The translations under genes and the position numbers were made by a program. A DNA stretch of 63,998 nucleotides, the filler included, from Stramenopiles sp. TOSAG23-2 (taxonomy: Eukaryota): the NCBI GenBank assembly GCA_900128395.1. It is 8 parts of 8 records of this genome, joined end to end, with 100 filler letters (N's around TTAATTAATTAA, not from the genome) between each part and the next. Parts side by side here need not be neighbours in the genome. Positions count along the whole stretch, not along the records: positions 1 to 7,955 come from LT650257.1; positions 8,056 to 16,009 come from LT650258.1; 6 more parts are not named here. One strand, given 5' to 3'. The notes below the pieces were generated by a model that searched no databases, was not told the origin of the DNA, and was given only the letters and a program-made list of their open reading frames with translations. Shown piece after piece: positions 1-11,654 of the stretch (positions are counted from its first letter, which is position 1; every line of letters starts with the position of its first letter).

Positions 1-266
1 ATGTACTTCAGAGATCTGGGAGATCTGGGAGGATCAGAGAGAAAAAATTCACATACTGATGTATTTATTTGAAATAATACTTCCGTAATTACTACTTTTT
101 GGTTTTTCACATAATACCTGGTATATATTTATATTATTATTGTAATTTCAATTGTTATTTTTTATAATAATAATATAGCGTGCAATACGTGCATACCAGC
201 ATACATCAGGTTAAGGATATTTTTTCTCTCTGATCCTCCCAGATCTCCCAGATCTCTGAAGTACAT
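1..266. mobile_element. MITE-like element with 48-bp terminal inverted repeats (left end at the window edge)
   Basis: 1..48 (atgtacttcagagatctgggagatctgggaggatcagagagaaaaaat) is the exact reverse complement of 219..266. There is an extra internal IR at 56..64/201..209, and the interior is non-coding and AT-rich. Confidence 0.75.
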
Positions 267-1409
267 ATTCGTATTATAAATATTATAGTCTATACATATC
301 GATACATACAGAGGCGATTAACATTTTATATTATACGATATCGTATACGAGTATATATACGTATATGTACATATTATATATATAATATAATGACAACTTC
401 GAACTGCTTGTTTCATTTTTTAATACAGATTACGACCACACACTAAAATAAAAAAGTTGCATTGGCGGTACGTTTCGTAGTACATTTACAGAGAGATTGT
501 TATAATTTTTGGGCTTTTTATTATTTTATATTAAAAAAATCGCTCCTCCTTATTTTACCTGCTATGTGCTGCCTAGCTCTTATTAGGAGGAGCTGGGAAA
601 CCCAGAAAGCCTATTTATAAATAAAAAGTTGCAAAAACGTTTTACATTTTAAAATAATTTTGCCAATTGATAGTAAAAATGGTATACTAGTGGAGCCTAA
701 GTTTAAAAAGGTATTTTCAATGTTTTTCCTTTGTTTTCATGTAATGAAATGAAAAATCCATCATCATAACAATGAAATTGAAGAATTTAGATTGAAAATG
801 ATGAAATTGTAATACGAGACTCGTATGAAATTTGATGAAAAATACGAGTATGCGATTTCTAATGCTGGGCCTGCCTGGCCTGGAATGATAAATAAAAAAA
901 TATGTCATATATATGATATATACTGGTATACTGTATGAAATTTATTTTTAAAAAAATGAAAAACAATATTCTAATATTCCACACGGAACGTTTCTCCTTT
1001 ATAAATACTTTTAAAACAACACATCTGCACCCACCCAGAGCAATCAAAAATGTTTAAATCTCTGCTATTAGTAAAATGCTACAAGTATTTCAATACATAC
1101 ATCATATTATATTGTTGTATCATTTATATGAAATATAGAAAAAATTGTTGGTCCATTTTGTTAGTAAAAAGACATGTATGTAAATGATAGTGTGCGTGTA
1201 TGCATATATGTTATATATATATAGTAGATATACAAATGTAAGAAAATTCTACAACTCTAAAATATTGGAAAATTGAATTTGTAAAGCAGCATTTAAAGTT
1301 TTTTCTAGATTGATTTACCACGTGAAAAAATTGATCAGCAGCACGGGAAAGCCGCGAAACAGAGTGTATCGTGGATGAAGAAGAGAATGAAAATTTGATG
1401 TGTCGTATA

Positions 1410-4157
1410 TTATGATCCAAACTTACCCAAATTTTGCAATTCTTTCGTTTTTTGTGATTTCTTCTTCCTGCTTTTTTTATTATTGTTATTAGAACTTCCA
1501 TTTTGTGACAACCATTGCGATTTTGGCTGTTTTGGAATGTGATTCTTGCTGCTGGCCCATTTCAATTGTGCCGTCGCTTTTGGTTTTTGTTTTTCAGACG
1601 CGGGTAATCCTGGCCAACTTCCATTTGACGTATTTTTCACTTTGACAAATTTACTCTCATTACTCTTATGTGCAGCTTGTTTCTTTTGTTGTTGAAATAC
1701 AAGATTAGTAGATTCGTTAAATACATTTAACAACGGTCTTCGTAATTGCTCATTTGGCAACGTTTCCAACAACAATGGAAAAAATTGTTTTAAATCATCT
1801 GATCGAAACATGCGTTTGACAGTCATGAAATATTCACGTGCAGTAATTGCTTGCGCAACATATTTCCTACAAAGCGTTTGAAAAGATTGAAACTTTCTAT
1901 CATCTCCATCCAACGCACGTTTGACAAGGGTCACAAGGTCTAGCCCACCGGAGGCTTTTCTACCAATATTATTAGTATTGTTACTGTTGTTAAATGGTGG
2001 AGTTCTTGTCCTTATTGGCGGTGTAACAGTTCGCATTGGTGGCGTTGGCCCACGTTTTACATTATTATTACCCGTATTACTTCTATTGTTACTCATCATC
2101 ATCACAGATGATGGTATCATATTTCGTCGTGGCTTCTGCTGCTGTTGTTGCTGCAAATTGATCTTTTTACCCCTTTTCACGCCACATGCTGCACATTTTG
2201 TTTTCCAACTTGGGTTAATTAACGTACACGATATACAAGACCACTCTGGTCCATTGTTTACTAACGGGTCTTCCTCTTTTCGCAATGGAATCGCTCCTTC
2301 AGGCATTTCTATTGAACGGTTTTGCGTAGTATTTTTTTTCTTCGGCCCAAGTAAATTTCTTAAATTATTTTTTTTCTTATTATTTCGACTTTTCGGTAAA
2401 GAAGGAAAATCTGCTTTCAATGCCTTTAAATTCACTTGCGGCGCGGGTGGTGCTTGTTGTTGTTGCGCATTACTACTACCGCTCTTTGTAGAATTTCCAT
2501 TATAATAACCATTTGCAACAGTTACCCTGCCAAATGTCCTACTTAATTGTGCAGCAAGCCCGTGTACGTTGTTGTTGTTGTTATTATCATTACTACCTCC
2601 AAGTGTTGGAAAATCTTCTTGTGAGTTAATATTTCTACCAATAGCTCCATGCCACAATTGATTTTGTCCTGTTGTATTATTGCTATCTATTCGTTCACCG
2701 GCAATATTATAATTAAAGTCACCACCCTCATCATCTTCGTGTGTATAATTACTATTGTTATTATTCTCCCGACGTTTGTCCTCATCGACATTAGTATGAC
2801 TTTTATATTTAATATTTAAATCAATTTTTCGCTCAAATTTAACATGTGGATGCTCAGCAGCCATGTGTGCTTTCAACGCTAATTCAGTAGTAAATGCAAC
2901 AAAACGCTTTTCTAAGCACGATTCTTGCTCACATATAAAATGATCTCGCCGAAAATGATCTTCCAATTCCTTATAATTACGTTTGTATTGATTTTTCTTC
3001 CCAAGTTGATCGCATACATGGCATTTAAAATGTTTCTCATGTAAATGTTTGAACAACTCATCATCACCGTAAAATTTAGTACGACAAAAATGACAATGTG
3101 GATGCCCATTAAAACCTTCTTTTGGATTACCTTTACGTATATGTATATCTAATTGCTTTTTAGTATATCGTGGTAATTCTGAAACAAATTTTTGCTTTGC
3201 GTTGACACAAATACCACAAATTTTCAATTGATGCGTCGCTTGTAAATGCACAGTTAAGTCTTTCAAATTATCAAATGAAACATTTGTACAGTTTCCACTA
3301 TTACATGTAAAACCACGTAGTTTTCTCTGTGTGTCTTTCAAATGCTTGTCACCATGGAAAAATGCACCTGATTCTTTATCCAACTTGAGCTCATTAAAGC
3401 AATAATTACCACCGATTGATTCGGAAAAACTCTCCCACGTGCGCGACATATCACCTGTTATAACTACCCGATTTTGTTTTGATTTACAATAAAAGCACGA
3501 ACGATTTCCTAACAAAACACGCGATCTCAAAGAACATTTACTACATACTTCTTTATGATTACATGGGCCAAGTGAAACATACTTTAATTTATCTGTACAA
3601 ACGATGCAAGTTGGCGCATCATCATCTTCCTCTGAGTCGATTACATCAGGAACATATGCCATCGCTTTCTTCATCTTCATCTTCATTTTTTTATTAATAT
3701 TGACTGGTTCTTTGGTCTTCATTTTATCTTTATTATTACTGGACTGTGTTGTTTTTTTTTTTACTTTCTTTTTATTATTAGTAACATTAAAAGTACCAGT
3801 CTTTTTCTTGAAAGTTTGATTATTATTATTATTATTATTATTGTTATTATTTACATCGTCGTTTCTTGATTCTTTCTTATAATTAGTAGCCTTTTTCTTC
3901 GTTTCATTTGTTTTCATATTATCATTAACATTATTGGATTTATAATTCTTATTTACTGTAAAGGTTGGTGCATTAATATTAAAGCTCGATTTTGTTTCTT
4001 TATTGTCATTCTTCGTCTTCTTCATCTGCTTTTGGTCATCATCTTCTATATTATTCGTTCGTTGAGCTGGAACAGCAGTAACATTAGTTGCTTTCGCTTC
4101 TTCTCGCTCCTTTTGCACTTTCGCCTTATTCCTTTTCCGTTGTTTCCTGGACGCCAT
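1410..4157 (-). CDS. ZNF598: ZNF598/Hel2-like RING E3 ubiquitin ligase (ribosome quality control)
   Basis: RING (CIVC...CNHKEVCSKCSLR...CFYC), C2H2 array with the GFNGHPHCHFC...LFKHLHEKHFKCHVCD signature, FPTL/FPSL motifs, RanBP2-type zinc finger and C-terminal helical domain. Start placed at ATG 4157 (MASRKQRK); the ORF track extends to 4277. Confidence 0.9.
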   Translation of the reverse strand: MASRKQRKRNKAKVQKEREEAKATNVTAVPAQRTNNIEDDDQKQMKKTKNDNKETKSSFNINAPTFTVNKNYKSNNVNDNMKTNETKKKATNYKKESRNDDVNNNNNNNNNNNQTFKKKTGTFNVTNNKKKVKKKTTQSSNNKDKMKTKEPVNINKKMKMKMKKAMAYVPDVIDSEEDDDAPTCIVCTDKLKYVSLGPCNHKEVCSKCSLRSRVLLGNRSCFYCKSKQNRVVITGDMSRTWESFSESIGGNYCFNELKLDKESGAFFHGDKHLKDTQRKLRGFTCNSGNCTNVSFDNLKDLTVHLQATHQLKICGICVNAKQKFVSELPRYTKKQLDIHIRKGNPKEGFNGHPHCHFCRTKFYGDDELFKHLHEKHFKCHVCDQLGKKNQYKRNYKELEDHFRRDHFICEQESCLEKRFVAFTTELALKAHMAAEHPHVKFERKIDLNIKYKSHTNVDEDKRRENNNNSNYTHEDDEGGDFNYNIAGERIDSNNTTGQNQLWHGAIGRNINSQEDFPTLGGSNDNNNNNNVHGLAAQLSRTFGRVTVANGYYNGNSTKSGSSNAQQQQAPPAPQVNLKALKADFPSLPKSRNNKKKNNLRNLLGPKKKNTTQNRSIEMPEGAIPLRKEEDPLVNNGPEWSCISCTLINPSWKTKCAACGVKRGKKINLQQQQQQKPRRNMIPSSVMMMSNNRSNTGNNNVKRGPTPPMRTVTPPIRTRTPPFNNSNNTNNIGRKASGGLDLVTLVKRALDGDDRKFQSFQTLCRKYVAQAITAREYFMTVKRMFRSDDLKQFFPLLLETLPNEQLRRPLLNVFNESTNLVFQQQKKQAAHKSNESKFVKVKNTSNGSWPGLPASEKQKPKATAQLKWASSKNHIPKQPKSQWLSQNGSSNNNNKKSRKKKSQKTKELQNLGKFGS

Positions 4158-4897
4158 GTTTGATCGCCTCGTTCTTAACTCTTTTCTCTGCGTACTTTCA
4201 CACAATTTATTCTCTCTTCTCCATCCATTGTCCTTCATACACTTCAGTATGACATTTTGCACATACATGTATGCCACACTGTTCCATCGAATGGCTTCAA
4301 AAAAATGATGAATATTTTATTAGGGGGGATTACTTTAAGGGAAAACGTAGATTTGGACATTGAAGATCTATAGTGTCCAGAGTAGGACTACTTATTTATA
4401 TTAAATTGAAAAGAACAAAGAAAATGATGAAGAATTTCTGGTGGCTGGTGGGCACCATTCGTACTTAAATACATTAAAATATAGGTATAATAGATATTTG
4501 ATAGCAGACATTCTATTTTAATTTGCATTTCTATAATAGTCTAATTTTGTTGTCATTTTTATTTTATCCTCGCCCGGGCTGGCGGGCTCGTAGCTCGACG
4601 ACAGCGTTTTCTGTCCTTCCAGCCTTCCTCCTGTATGGCAATTCTTCTTCCTCTAATTATTATAATAATAGCTGGATAGTAGTAATAGTATTATCAAAAG
4701 AAGTCTATGGTATTAAATATTCATATATCGATATATATATATATATTAATATACAGTATGTACTGGCGTATGGAGAAAGAAAGGAAAGGAAATAGATAGT
4801 AAAGACAAAATAAATAACCCCTGAAAGACAACAAACGTTTCGAAAAAGTAAATAAAAATAAAAAACACCACTAAAAAAACACCCGCAAAAAAATATC

Positions 4898-5428
4898 ATG
4901 ATGAAATTAAACTCCTCTTCTTCTTGGATTATTATCTATGTATTATTATTTTTTGTAACAAGTACTATTAAAGCACACGAATTTACAAAATGTGACCCCC
5001 CTGTAGAGGATCAACTAAAAGTAAACGCGGTCGCTTTCAGTCCAGACCCTGTTGAACCTGGAAAACCTCTCGTAGTAAAAATCTCTGGAGGTCCAACTGA
5101 TGTCGAAGTGACTGGTGGAAAAGCAACATTATCCGTATTACTCTTTGGAACGAAAGTGATCAACATCGATTTTGATGTCTGTACAGAATTTGGTGTAAAA
5201 TGTCCTGTTGCAAAGGGAGAGAATTGGAATGGTGCTATAACTTATGACATACCGTCTGAAATTCCTTCTGGAATTACTGCAACAGCTCAAGTTGACATTA
5301 AAGATGCCGCTGGTAATGATTTATCATGTTTTCAAATGGATGTAAAAACAGGAAGTGATAACGATGTTTCATATTTTTCACAAGTAATACGCCGTTTACG
5401 TGCAATATCTTCAGCCCTTTTATGGTAA
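4898..5428 (+). CDS. ML-domain (MD-2/NPC2-like) lipid/sterol-binding secreted or lysosomal protein
   Basis: Signal peptide, then FTKC...SPDPVEPGKPL...FDVCTEFGVKCPVAKG...IPSEIPSG...LSCF, typical of PG/PI-transfer/NPC2 ML domains. Confidence 0.85.
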   Translation: MMKLNSSSSWIIIYVLLFFVTSTIKAHEFTKCDPPVEDQLKVNAVAFSPDPVEPGKPLVVKISGGPTDVEVTGGKATLSVLLFGTKVINIDFDVCTEFGVKCPVAKGENWNGAITYDIPSEIPSGITATAQVDIKDAAGNDLSCFQMDVKTGSDNDVSYFSQVIRRLRAISSALLW

Positions 5429-5669
5429 AAAGAAAAAATTGGATGGGGTTGTGCTGAAAAAAGTGTACAAAAATCTCTATTTTTGATGGAACCTGAAAAA
5501 ATTTTACCTAGTACTACACAAAAAATGTGAATTTTTTTTTCTTTATAACGAATGTTCGTATATTTTATAGTACGGTAGATAAATGAAAGTGTGCGTGTGT
5601 GTGGTATTTTCATAAAAAAATATTTAAATATTTTTTTTAAATATTAAAAAAATTTATCGGGTATCTAAA

Positions 5670-7391
5670 CTACTTTTTCACAGCAGCTGGTTTAATATTT
5701 GCATTCCCATCATCATCCTCGTCATTATTTGCATTGCCAAAATCATCTTCAACATCCAATGAAAACATTTTATCATTACCATCATCTACTATTCCACTAC
5801 CATTAAAGTTAGTATTTCCCATTTCCAAACCAATTTCAACATCTTCTTCACCATCATCATCATCTAAACGTAATTGTAATTGATGTGCTAAACGTGAACT
5901 AGATTCCGAGGGACCCCATGTCCATCCAATCGTCATCACTGCGCATAAATAAATAGCATACCAAACAGCAAACCATACCCACTCCATTTGCCATGGCCAT
6001 ATAATAATTTGTAATCTAGCAATAAACAACAAAACTGTTGTTCCAGACCATACTAAAATAAATCCAGCTAAAATTTTTGATAATTTTGTCATCATTTTAT
6101 GCTTAAACGTTTGCCCTTGTGCAACTAATAATGCCATTGTTTTCGTCAATGCATAATAAATCCATAAAATAATGAAAATATTTAACAATACCGGTGGCAA
6201 TGCCCACAATGCACTTGCTGGATCTGAATTTTCATCCAATACAGTCAATACATGTATTTTATCATTCAAGGAAAATCCAAAATATAAAATGTGTACTACT
6301 GCAATTTTAATTTTCACATTTTGTTCTAATGTTGGTTTCGACACACCTAATCCTAAGCAAACTACTAATAATATTACACGTGCTAATGTATTTTTAATTT
6401 CATCTACTACCATTGCAACTAAATATGCAGCGCCACAAATTGGATAACACAAAGGTTCACCTGTATCATTTCCGCTAATAAACGCATTTAAATATAAAAT
6501 GGAACCAACTAATGTAATTAATATTAATACCAAGGTCATATAATGTAACCCGATTAATTCCGCACGATGCTTCAATGCTAATATAAGATATGCAAGTAGA
6601 AATATACTAACACATATAGTGTATACAACGAAGAATGGAATTAAACCATATAAATGTGCTGAAAAATATCCATATGGATTGATGAATTTTAAGTTTGTTT
6701 CCATAATCCAACGTCCATCTAATTCATCCGTCGTCGTCGTAGTTGTTGATGATTTGATCTCACCATCTTCCCCAAATTCAACATTATCTAGTCCATCTGG
6801 ACATATTCTATACAATACACGAACTTGCGATGTTACAATAACATTCATAGAAATTTCATCCATTTCAATAATTGTATGTCCACCAACTGATTGTGCTTTA
6901 AAATAATACGTTGCACGAGTTTCTGGATCTTTCTCTGCTGGTGTCATTGGTATCGTGCCAGTAGCATTGCTGAAAGCAGTAGTTGGATCGCCACATAATC
7001 GATTTAAACCTGGAGGATTTGTATCGTGATATACTGTCACTGCTAAATAAATTTGACTGGTACGTTTTGATTCAATAGGTGCAGCAGTCTTTGTATCTAC
7101 AAATTTAATAAATGCTGGCCCACCACTAACTTGTGGGGTATATTTATTCGCACCAAATGGTGCATCTTTTTTTGAAAACATTCCTACTTCCCCAAATGAA
7201 ACGACGCAAGTTGTTTGCACACACTGCCCAGATGGACAATCACTATTTGAATCACATTTACGTGGCGTTAAGTCAATACCGGTTAATGTATATTTATATG
7301 AATGTACCGTAGTGGTGAACATAAATAGCAATAATATAACATAAGAAGAGAAAAAGGAAGATGCTGATAATATGCGTTGTTGATAATTCAT
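5670..7391 (-). CDS. TMEM87/GPR107-like (GOST, lung 7TM receptor family) membrane protein
   Basis: Signal peptide and luminal domain, then NPYGY motif, seven hydrophobic segments, LLVVCLGLGVSKPTL motif, W-x-P-S before an acidic tail. Start placed at ATG 7391. Confidence 0.85.
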   Translation of the reverse strand: MNYQQRILSASSFFSSYVILLLFMFTTTVHSYKYTLTGIDLTPRKCDSNSDCPSGQCVQTTCVVSFGEVGMFSKKDAPFGANKYTPQVSGGPAFIKFVDTKTAAPIESKRTSQIYLAVTVYHDTNPPGLNRLCGDPTTAFSNATGTIPMTPAEKDPETRATYYFKAQSVGGHTIIEMDEISMNVIVTSQVRVLYRICPDGLDNVEFGEDGEIKSSTTTTTTDELDGRWIMETNLKFINPYGYFSAHLYGLIPFFVVYTICVSIFLLAYLILALKHRAELIGLHYMTLVLILITLVGSILYLNAFISGNDTGEPLCYPICGAAYLVAMVVDEIKNTLARVILLVVCLGLGVSKPTLEQNVKIKIAVVHILYFGFSLNDKIHVLTVLDENSDPASALWALPPVLLNIFIILWIYYALTKTMALLVAQGQTFKHKMMTKLSKILAGFILVWSGTTVLLFIARLQIIIWPWQMEWVWFAVWYAIYLCAVMTIGWTWGPSESSSRLAHQLQLRLDDDDGEEDVEIGLEMGNTNFNGSGIVDDGNDKMFSLDVEDDFGNANNDEDDDGNANIKPAAVKK

Positions 7392-7955
7392 ACTAATAAC
7401 GGTTTCTTCTTCTTTAATATTAACACTCTTTTTTTTTTTTAATATACTGTATATGAAGTACAAGTATTAATTCCAACTCTTTAATTATTCCCCAAGTGTG
7501 CTCAGAGCAAATCAAAAAATACAATTATCTAATTTGTATAACTATATATATTTGTGCATATGTTTATTCATTTATTAATTATTATTTGGAAATGTGAAAA
7601 ATGTTGAAATATAAAGGTGAAAAATTACATGGAAATACTATTAATAATATTGAAAAATTGTGATCGCACTATTATAGAACTATATTATCTCGTGTAGAAA
7701 AGATTCTTCGAACCAAAATCATAAGGATTTTGGGAGGTTTGCATCGACAAAAAATTAAAAAAATTTACGAGAGTGGCGTAGAATCTATTTAAGGTATATG
7801 TATATTGATGATAATTGTGTTCTCTCTAGATAAATAATAATACTAACTGAATCAATATTATGTCATTTTACAAATAATAATCGGATATTTGTATGTTAAC
7901 AATATCAATAATCGGCATATTTTGATCCAATTTGAACCCTACTCTTCAACTCTAA

Positions 7956-8055
7956 NNNNNNNNNNNNNNNNNNNNNNNNNNNNNNNNNNNNNNNNNNNNT
8001 TAATTAATTAANNNNNNNNNNNNNNNNNNNNNNNNNNNNNNNNNNNNNNNNNNNN
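7956..8055. other. Artificial contig spacer
   Basis: N44-TTAATTAATTAA-N44; the linker gives stops in all six frames. Confidence 0.97.
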
Positions 8056-8545
8056 CGAGTAGGTTTCTATCCTTCCTGCACTCGTTGAACGGGCTGGACG
8101 TCGGGTTCACCCGAAAGCGATGAGGCTGTCAAAGTGAAAGATCCTGTTGTGAACAACAACAGAATATAATATCAAAAGTATAAAATCATATCTTGATATT
8201 GGCTCAGTCACTGTATTCTTTTGAGAGAGTAGCAACTGTCATGGGTAGTGTACTCGTAGAAATATGAAAAATTAAAATACAACGCGTAATAATATTTTTT
8301 TTAATTTATATGATAAAGGGAAGTAAAATTATTATAACTTAGATTTTAATCATCATTATTATGATAAAGTGATCAAAACCGCGGCTTTCTGCCACAACCG
8401 TGCACTTCAAGATCTTTATCCAAATAGTTATCGGTTGTTGTCCACAACAGGATCTTTCACTTTGACAGCCTCACCGCTATCGAATGAACCTGACGTCCAG
8501 CGCGTTCAACGTACCGAACATGAAGGAAGGATAGAAACCTACTCG
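8056..8545. mobile_element. Foldback/MITE-like element with ~105-bp imperfect inverted repeats
   Basis: 8056..8160 (cgagtaggtttctatccttcc...gaggctgtcaaagtgaaagatcctgttgtg) pairs with 8434..8545 (cacaacaggatctttcactttgacagcctca...ggaaggatagaaacctactcg). The left end is cut by the contig edge. Confidence 0.7.
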
Positions 8546-8700
8546 TGCTTGTGGAGTATTAGTTTGCAGGAACGTGCATTAGAGCTTCACTATAGTAGGA
8601 TAGAATATTATATGTTATTCTCTTGTGATTGAGTATTGGGCATATTATTAGAATTATTTACCACGGGAAGTAAAATTATTATGATACACTAGTATGTTAT

Positions 8701-9148
8701 ATGACCCGGTTTATCTGAGCTGAGAGAGAGCTTTTCTGGCCGTATTGTCAAATAACATAGTATTAATATATAGGTAAATAATTTTTAAAAAAATTAAGAA
8801 AAACATGTATAAATATGATGGGAATGTGTGAAAATGCATGAAATTGTAATTTATTTGTGATGGATTACTTAAATAGATGTACAACTTCACCATTGTGTAA
8901 TTTTCACTTTCTGTTGATTAAAAAAAATATTCTTTAAATATGTGTATAAAATCACTATCGTGCCCTTGCACCCTTATAAAAATGCTCAACAATTTCAAGA
9001 AAATTCATGATTTTCGTAGAATAAATAGGAATTATAGTGCACGTAGTTTGATAGTAAAATATGTGTACCTGTAATTTGCACTTATTAGTATGTACTAAAA
9101 TTTTATTTGAAAACTGGAAGCTCTCTCAGCTCAGATAAACCGGGTCAT
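8701..9148. mobile_element. MITE with 28-bp perfect TIRs
   Basis: atgacccggtttatctgagctgagagag (8701..8728) is the reverse complement of 9121..9148. The imperfect extension reads TA-CAGT on the right end, as in Tc1/mariner-type ends. Confidence 0.75.
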
Positions 9149-9808
9149 CTGCATACTGTAATATATTATATATAATTTTCTCTTACTCATAATACGAACG
9201 TATTATATAAATTTCTTTTACTCCCGTAACTTAAAATCTCAAATCAAGAGTGATTTAAGTACACATTTAATCCAGTTATTACATAATATTTATAGTAAAT
9301 TGTTTATAATATTCAAAAGAATCTTCATCCGTCTGTGAGTTGGAGTTATATGTAGAGAAGCTGCTTCTTCATAAGGTTGTAAATCACGAGCTTTAATCAA
9401 TCGGTATTTTTTTGTATCATTATCCAACTTAACTTTCAATTTTGTATATATCTATATAACTTACATTTTAACCCCACCATTTTTTTAAATTAAATTTGAT
9501 ATAATTTTTATGATATGTCATATGATAGTACGCGAAATGTGCCATTATTTCTAAAATTATTAAAAGCCGCAGTTTTAATAAGTTTAGCTTGTAGATCTCT
9601 ACAAGTTTCGCTGACTCATTATGCTTTAAGCCAGTCCTCTTTTCTTTCGGTAGCATAACAATTTTTGAATTTAATGTTTGCCATTTGTATATATATATAT
9701 ATATATACCAGGGATCTCATATGATGTAAACATTATATATATCATATAATTATATCCACGTATGATAGCATAGTATGATATAATGTTTATTTTTTGGAGA
9801 GCAGGAAT

Positions 9809-11338
9809 TCATTTTAAACTTAATCGTAAAAATGCAGTGCCATGATATGGAACATATTTTGCAGTGTAACTATCAACAAACGTACCAATAAACTTTTGCT
9901 CCCAAATATCGTATACATGAACTGGTCCAAATAAATCTACATCTGCAAAATTTACAGTAATATCTGCGGTTGTTCTATTTGACGGAGGTATGGGTATTGC
10001 GGCTTTACGGGTGTAACCAACGTAAGCATTGTCTTTTGTAATGCCACAATTTGCATTATTTTTAAAGTAACCATTACCATCAGTAGATCCATAGCTAAAA
10101 CCTGCACAATCGATGTTTTCACAACATTCTTTTTGGACTTCTTTGACCGTTTTGCCTTCAAATACACCAATGTTTCCTTTTGACCCACCACATGCTTCAT
10201 AGTAGCCACCCGTTGTTTTAATCCACGCCACACCGTTGCTACACGTTGAATTATCAAATGGGGGTTCAATTTCTTTAGCAATGTCTTTGTTGTATAATGC
10301 AACAGCAACATCACCATTTTCAAGATTTCTTGCCCAAATTTGTGTCGATTCATTAGCTGCTTTCGTTAAACGCAGCCCCATTTGCCCTAACCCATCTTGG
10401 TTTATAGCAATGGCATCCTTATTTAATAGTATATTTTTACTTCTAGAGGGTACTTTTCGCAAATCATTGCCCATGATTAAAGGGGCGGCTGAAATAGACC
10501 AAATTGCCATTTGCGTACGTTCTTCAGCTTCAGATATACAACCTGAACCAATTAAAAGCATATCCATATCATGCCAATGGCCAGGACCAGCATACGGTAC
10601 GAGCGAGCTGCCATAATCCCCCCAATGATCAATAATGGAGGAAAGGGATTGCCAATTGCATTGAATATCATGCCAATTCCGCCATAAATTACAACCATCC
10701 ATAATGAACTCATTAAAAGGCTGTATTGATTCGTTTCCCCCATTGATATATGCAGGCCAAGAGCATGAATAAACAATATTTCGACCACTCGCTTCAAGCG
10801 CTTCACCCATTGCTTTATATCCACCCTTATAATAGCTTTTAGGACCACATCCATCCACTTTCAAATAGTCTACTCCCCATGAAGCAAATGTTTCAGCATC
10901 AATTTTTTCATGATCTGGTGCTGAGGCTGGATATCCACCGCATGTTGTAGGCGATTCTGCAGTGTACAAACCAAAAGTAGCGCCTTTGCCATGCATGTAA
11001 TCACCAAGAGCTTTAAGGCCAGATGGAAAACGTGTTGAATTAGGTTGCAACCTACCAGTTTTTGGATCCCGTGGTGGATTTTTTTCTTCCCAACAATCAT
11101 CCATATGAATTCCTGTATACCCAGCTTCGATATATTTGTTTTCAACCAATGCATCCGTTTGTTCCTTATACAATTTTTCAGATATACAATTATCTGGATC
11201 TGATTGGCAATCCACATCACACCTAAATAGCTCCCACGACATCCAACCCATAGGTGGTGTTTTAGCCAATGAATTTCTTCCATGTACACATACTATAAAA
11301 TATAATATAAAGCATATCGTTATTATTACAGACGACAT
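9809..11338 (-). CDS. NAGA: GH27 alpha-N-acetylgalactosaminidase (alpha-galactosidase family), secreted or lysosomal
   Basis: Signal peptide, LAKTPPMGWMSW, DDCW, nucleophile YLKVDGC and acid/base WRNWHDI. YSCSWPAY matches the NAGA-type motif rather than the GLA-type CEWPLY. Confidence 0.9.
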   Translation of the reverse strand: MSSVIITICFILYFIVCVHGRNSLAKTPPMGWMSWELFRCDVDCQSDPDNCISEKLYKEQTDALVENKYIEAGYTGIHMDDCWEEKNPPRDPKTGRLQPNSTRFPSGLKALGDYMHGKGATFGLYTAESPTTCGGYPASAPDHEKIDAETFASWGVDYLKVDGCGPKSYYKGGYKAMGEALEASGRNIVYSCSWPAYINGGNESIQPFNEFIMDGCNLWRNWHDIQCNWQSLSSIIDHWGDYGSSLVPYAGPGHWHDMDMLLIGSGCISEAEERTQMAIWSISAAPLIMGNDLRKVPSRSKNILLNKDAIAINQDGLGQMGLRLTKAANESTQIWARNLENGDVAVALYNKDIAKEIEPPFDNSTCSNGVAWIKTTGGYYEACGGSKGNIGVFEGKTVKEVQKECCENIDCAGFSYGSTDGNGYFKNNANCGITKDNAYVGYTRKAAIPIPPSNRTTADITVNFADVDLFGPVHVYDIWEQKFIGTFVDSYTAKYVPYHGTAFLRLSLK

Positions 11339-11593
11339 TTATTTTCCAAATATACATGCAATCAAGCCCAGCAAATAAGGATTAATGCTACTAGTAGCAA
11401 ATATGGATTATTTTATTTGTTTTGCCTATGTCAATATATTCATGTCAGGCAACTTAACTCGAAGAAGATGTATTATAAGAGGCGAGAGAGGTCGACTTAA
11501 AAGGTATTAATACAATGTATGGTGTATGTAGAGTAGCATGTAATAGCATTACTAATGGTGTGTATATGCTAGCAAATTGTAGTGAGAGCTATA

Positions 11594-11654
11594 TCTAACT
11601 CTACTGATGTGGCCCTATTATTCTAACTCTACTGATGTGGCCCTATTATTCTAA
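11594..11654. repeat. 28-bp tandem repeat, about 2 copies
   Basis: tctaactctactgatgtggccctattat occurs twice in the NAGA/cactin divergent intergenic region. Confidence 0.7.

Noticed and set aside
1921-2505. Long antisense ORFs (also 32301..32729, 25710..26784 and others)
   Set aside because: They are shadows of low-complexity Asn/Gln/Pro-rich coding sequence on the opposite strand.
9315-9690. Possible decayed coding sequence (YRLIKARDLQPYEE is vaguely SET-like)
   Set aside because: It has multiple stops and too little similarity to support a call.
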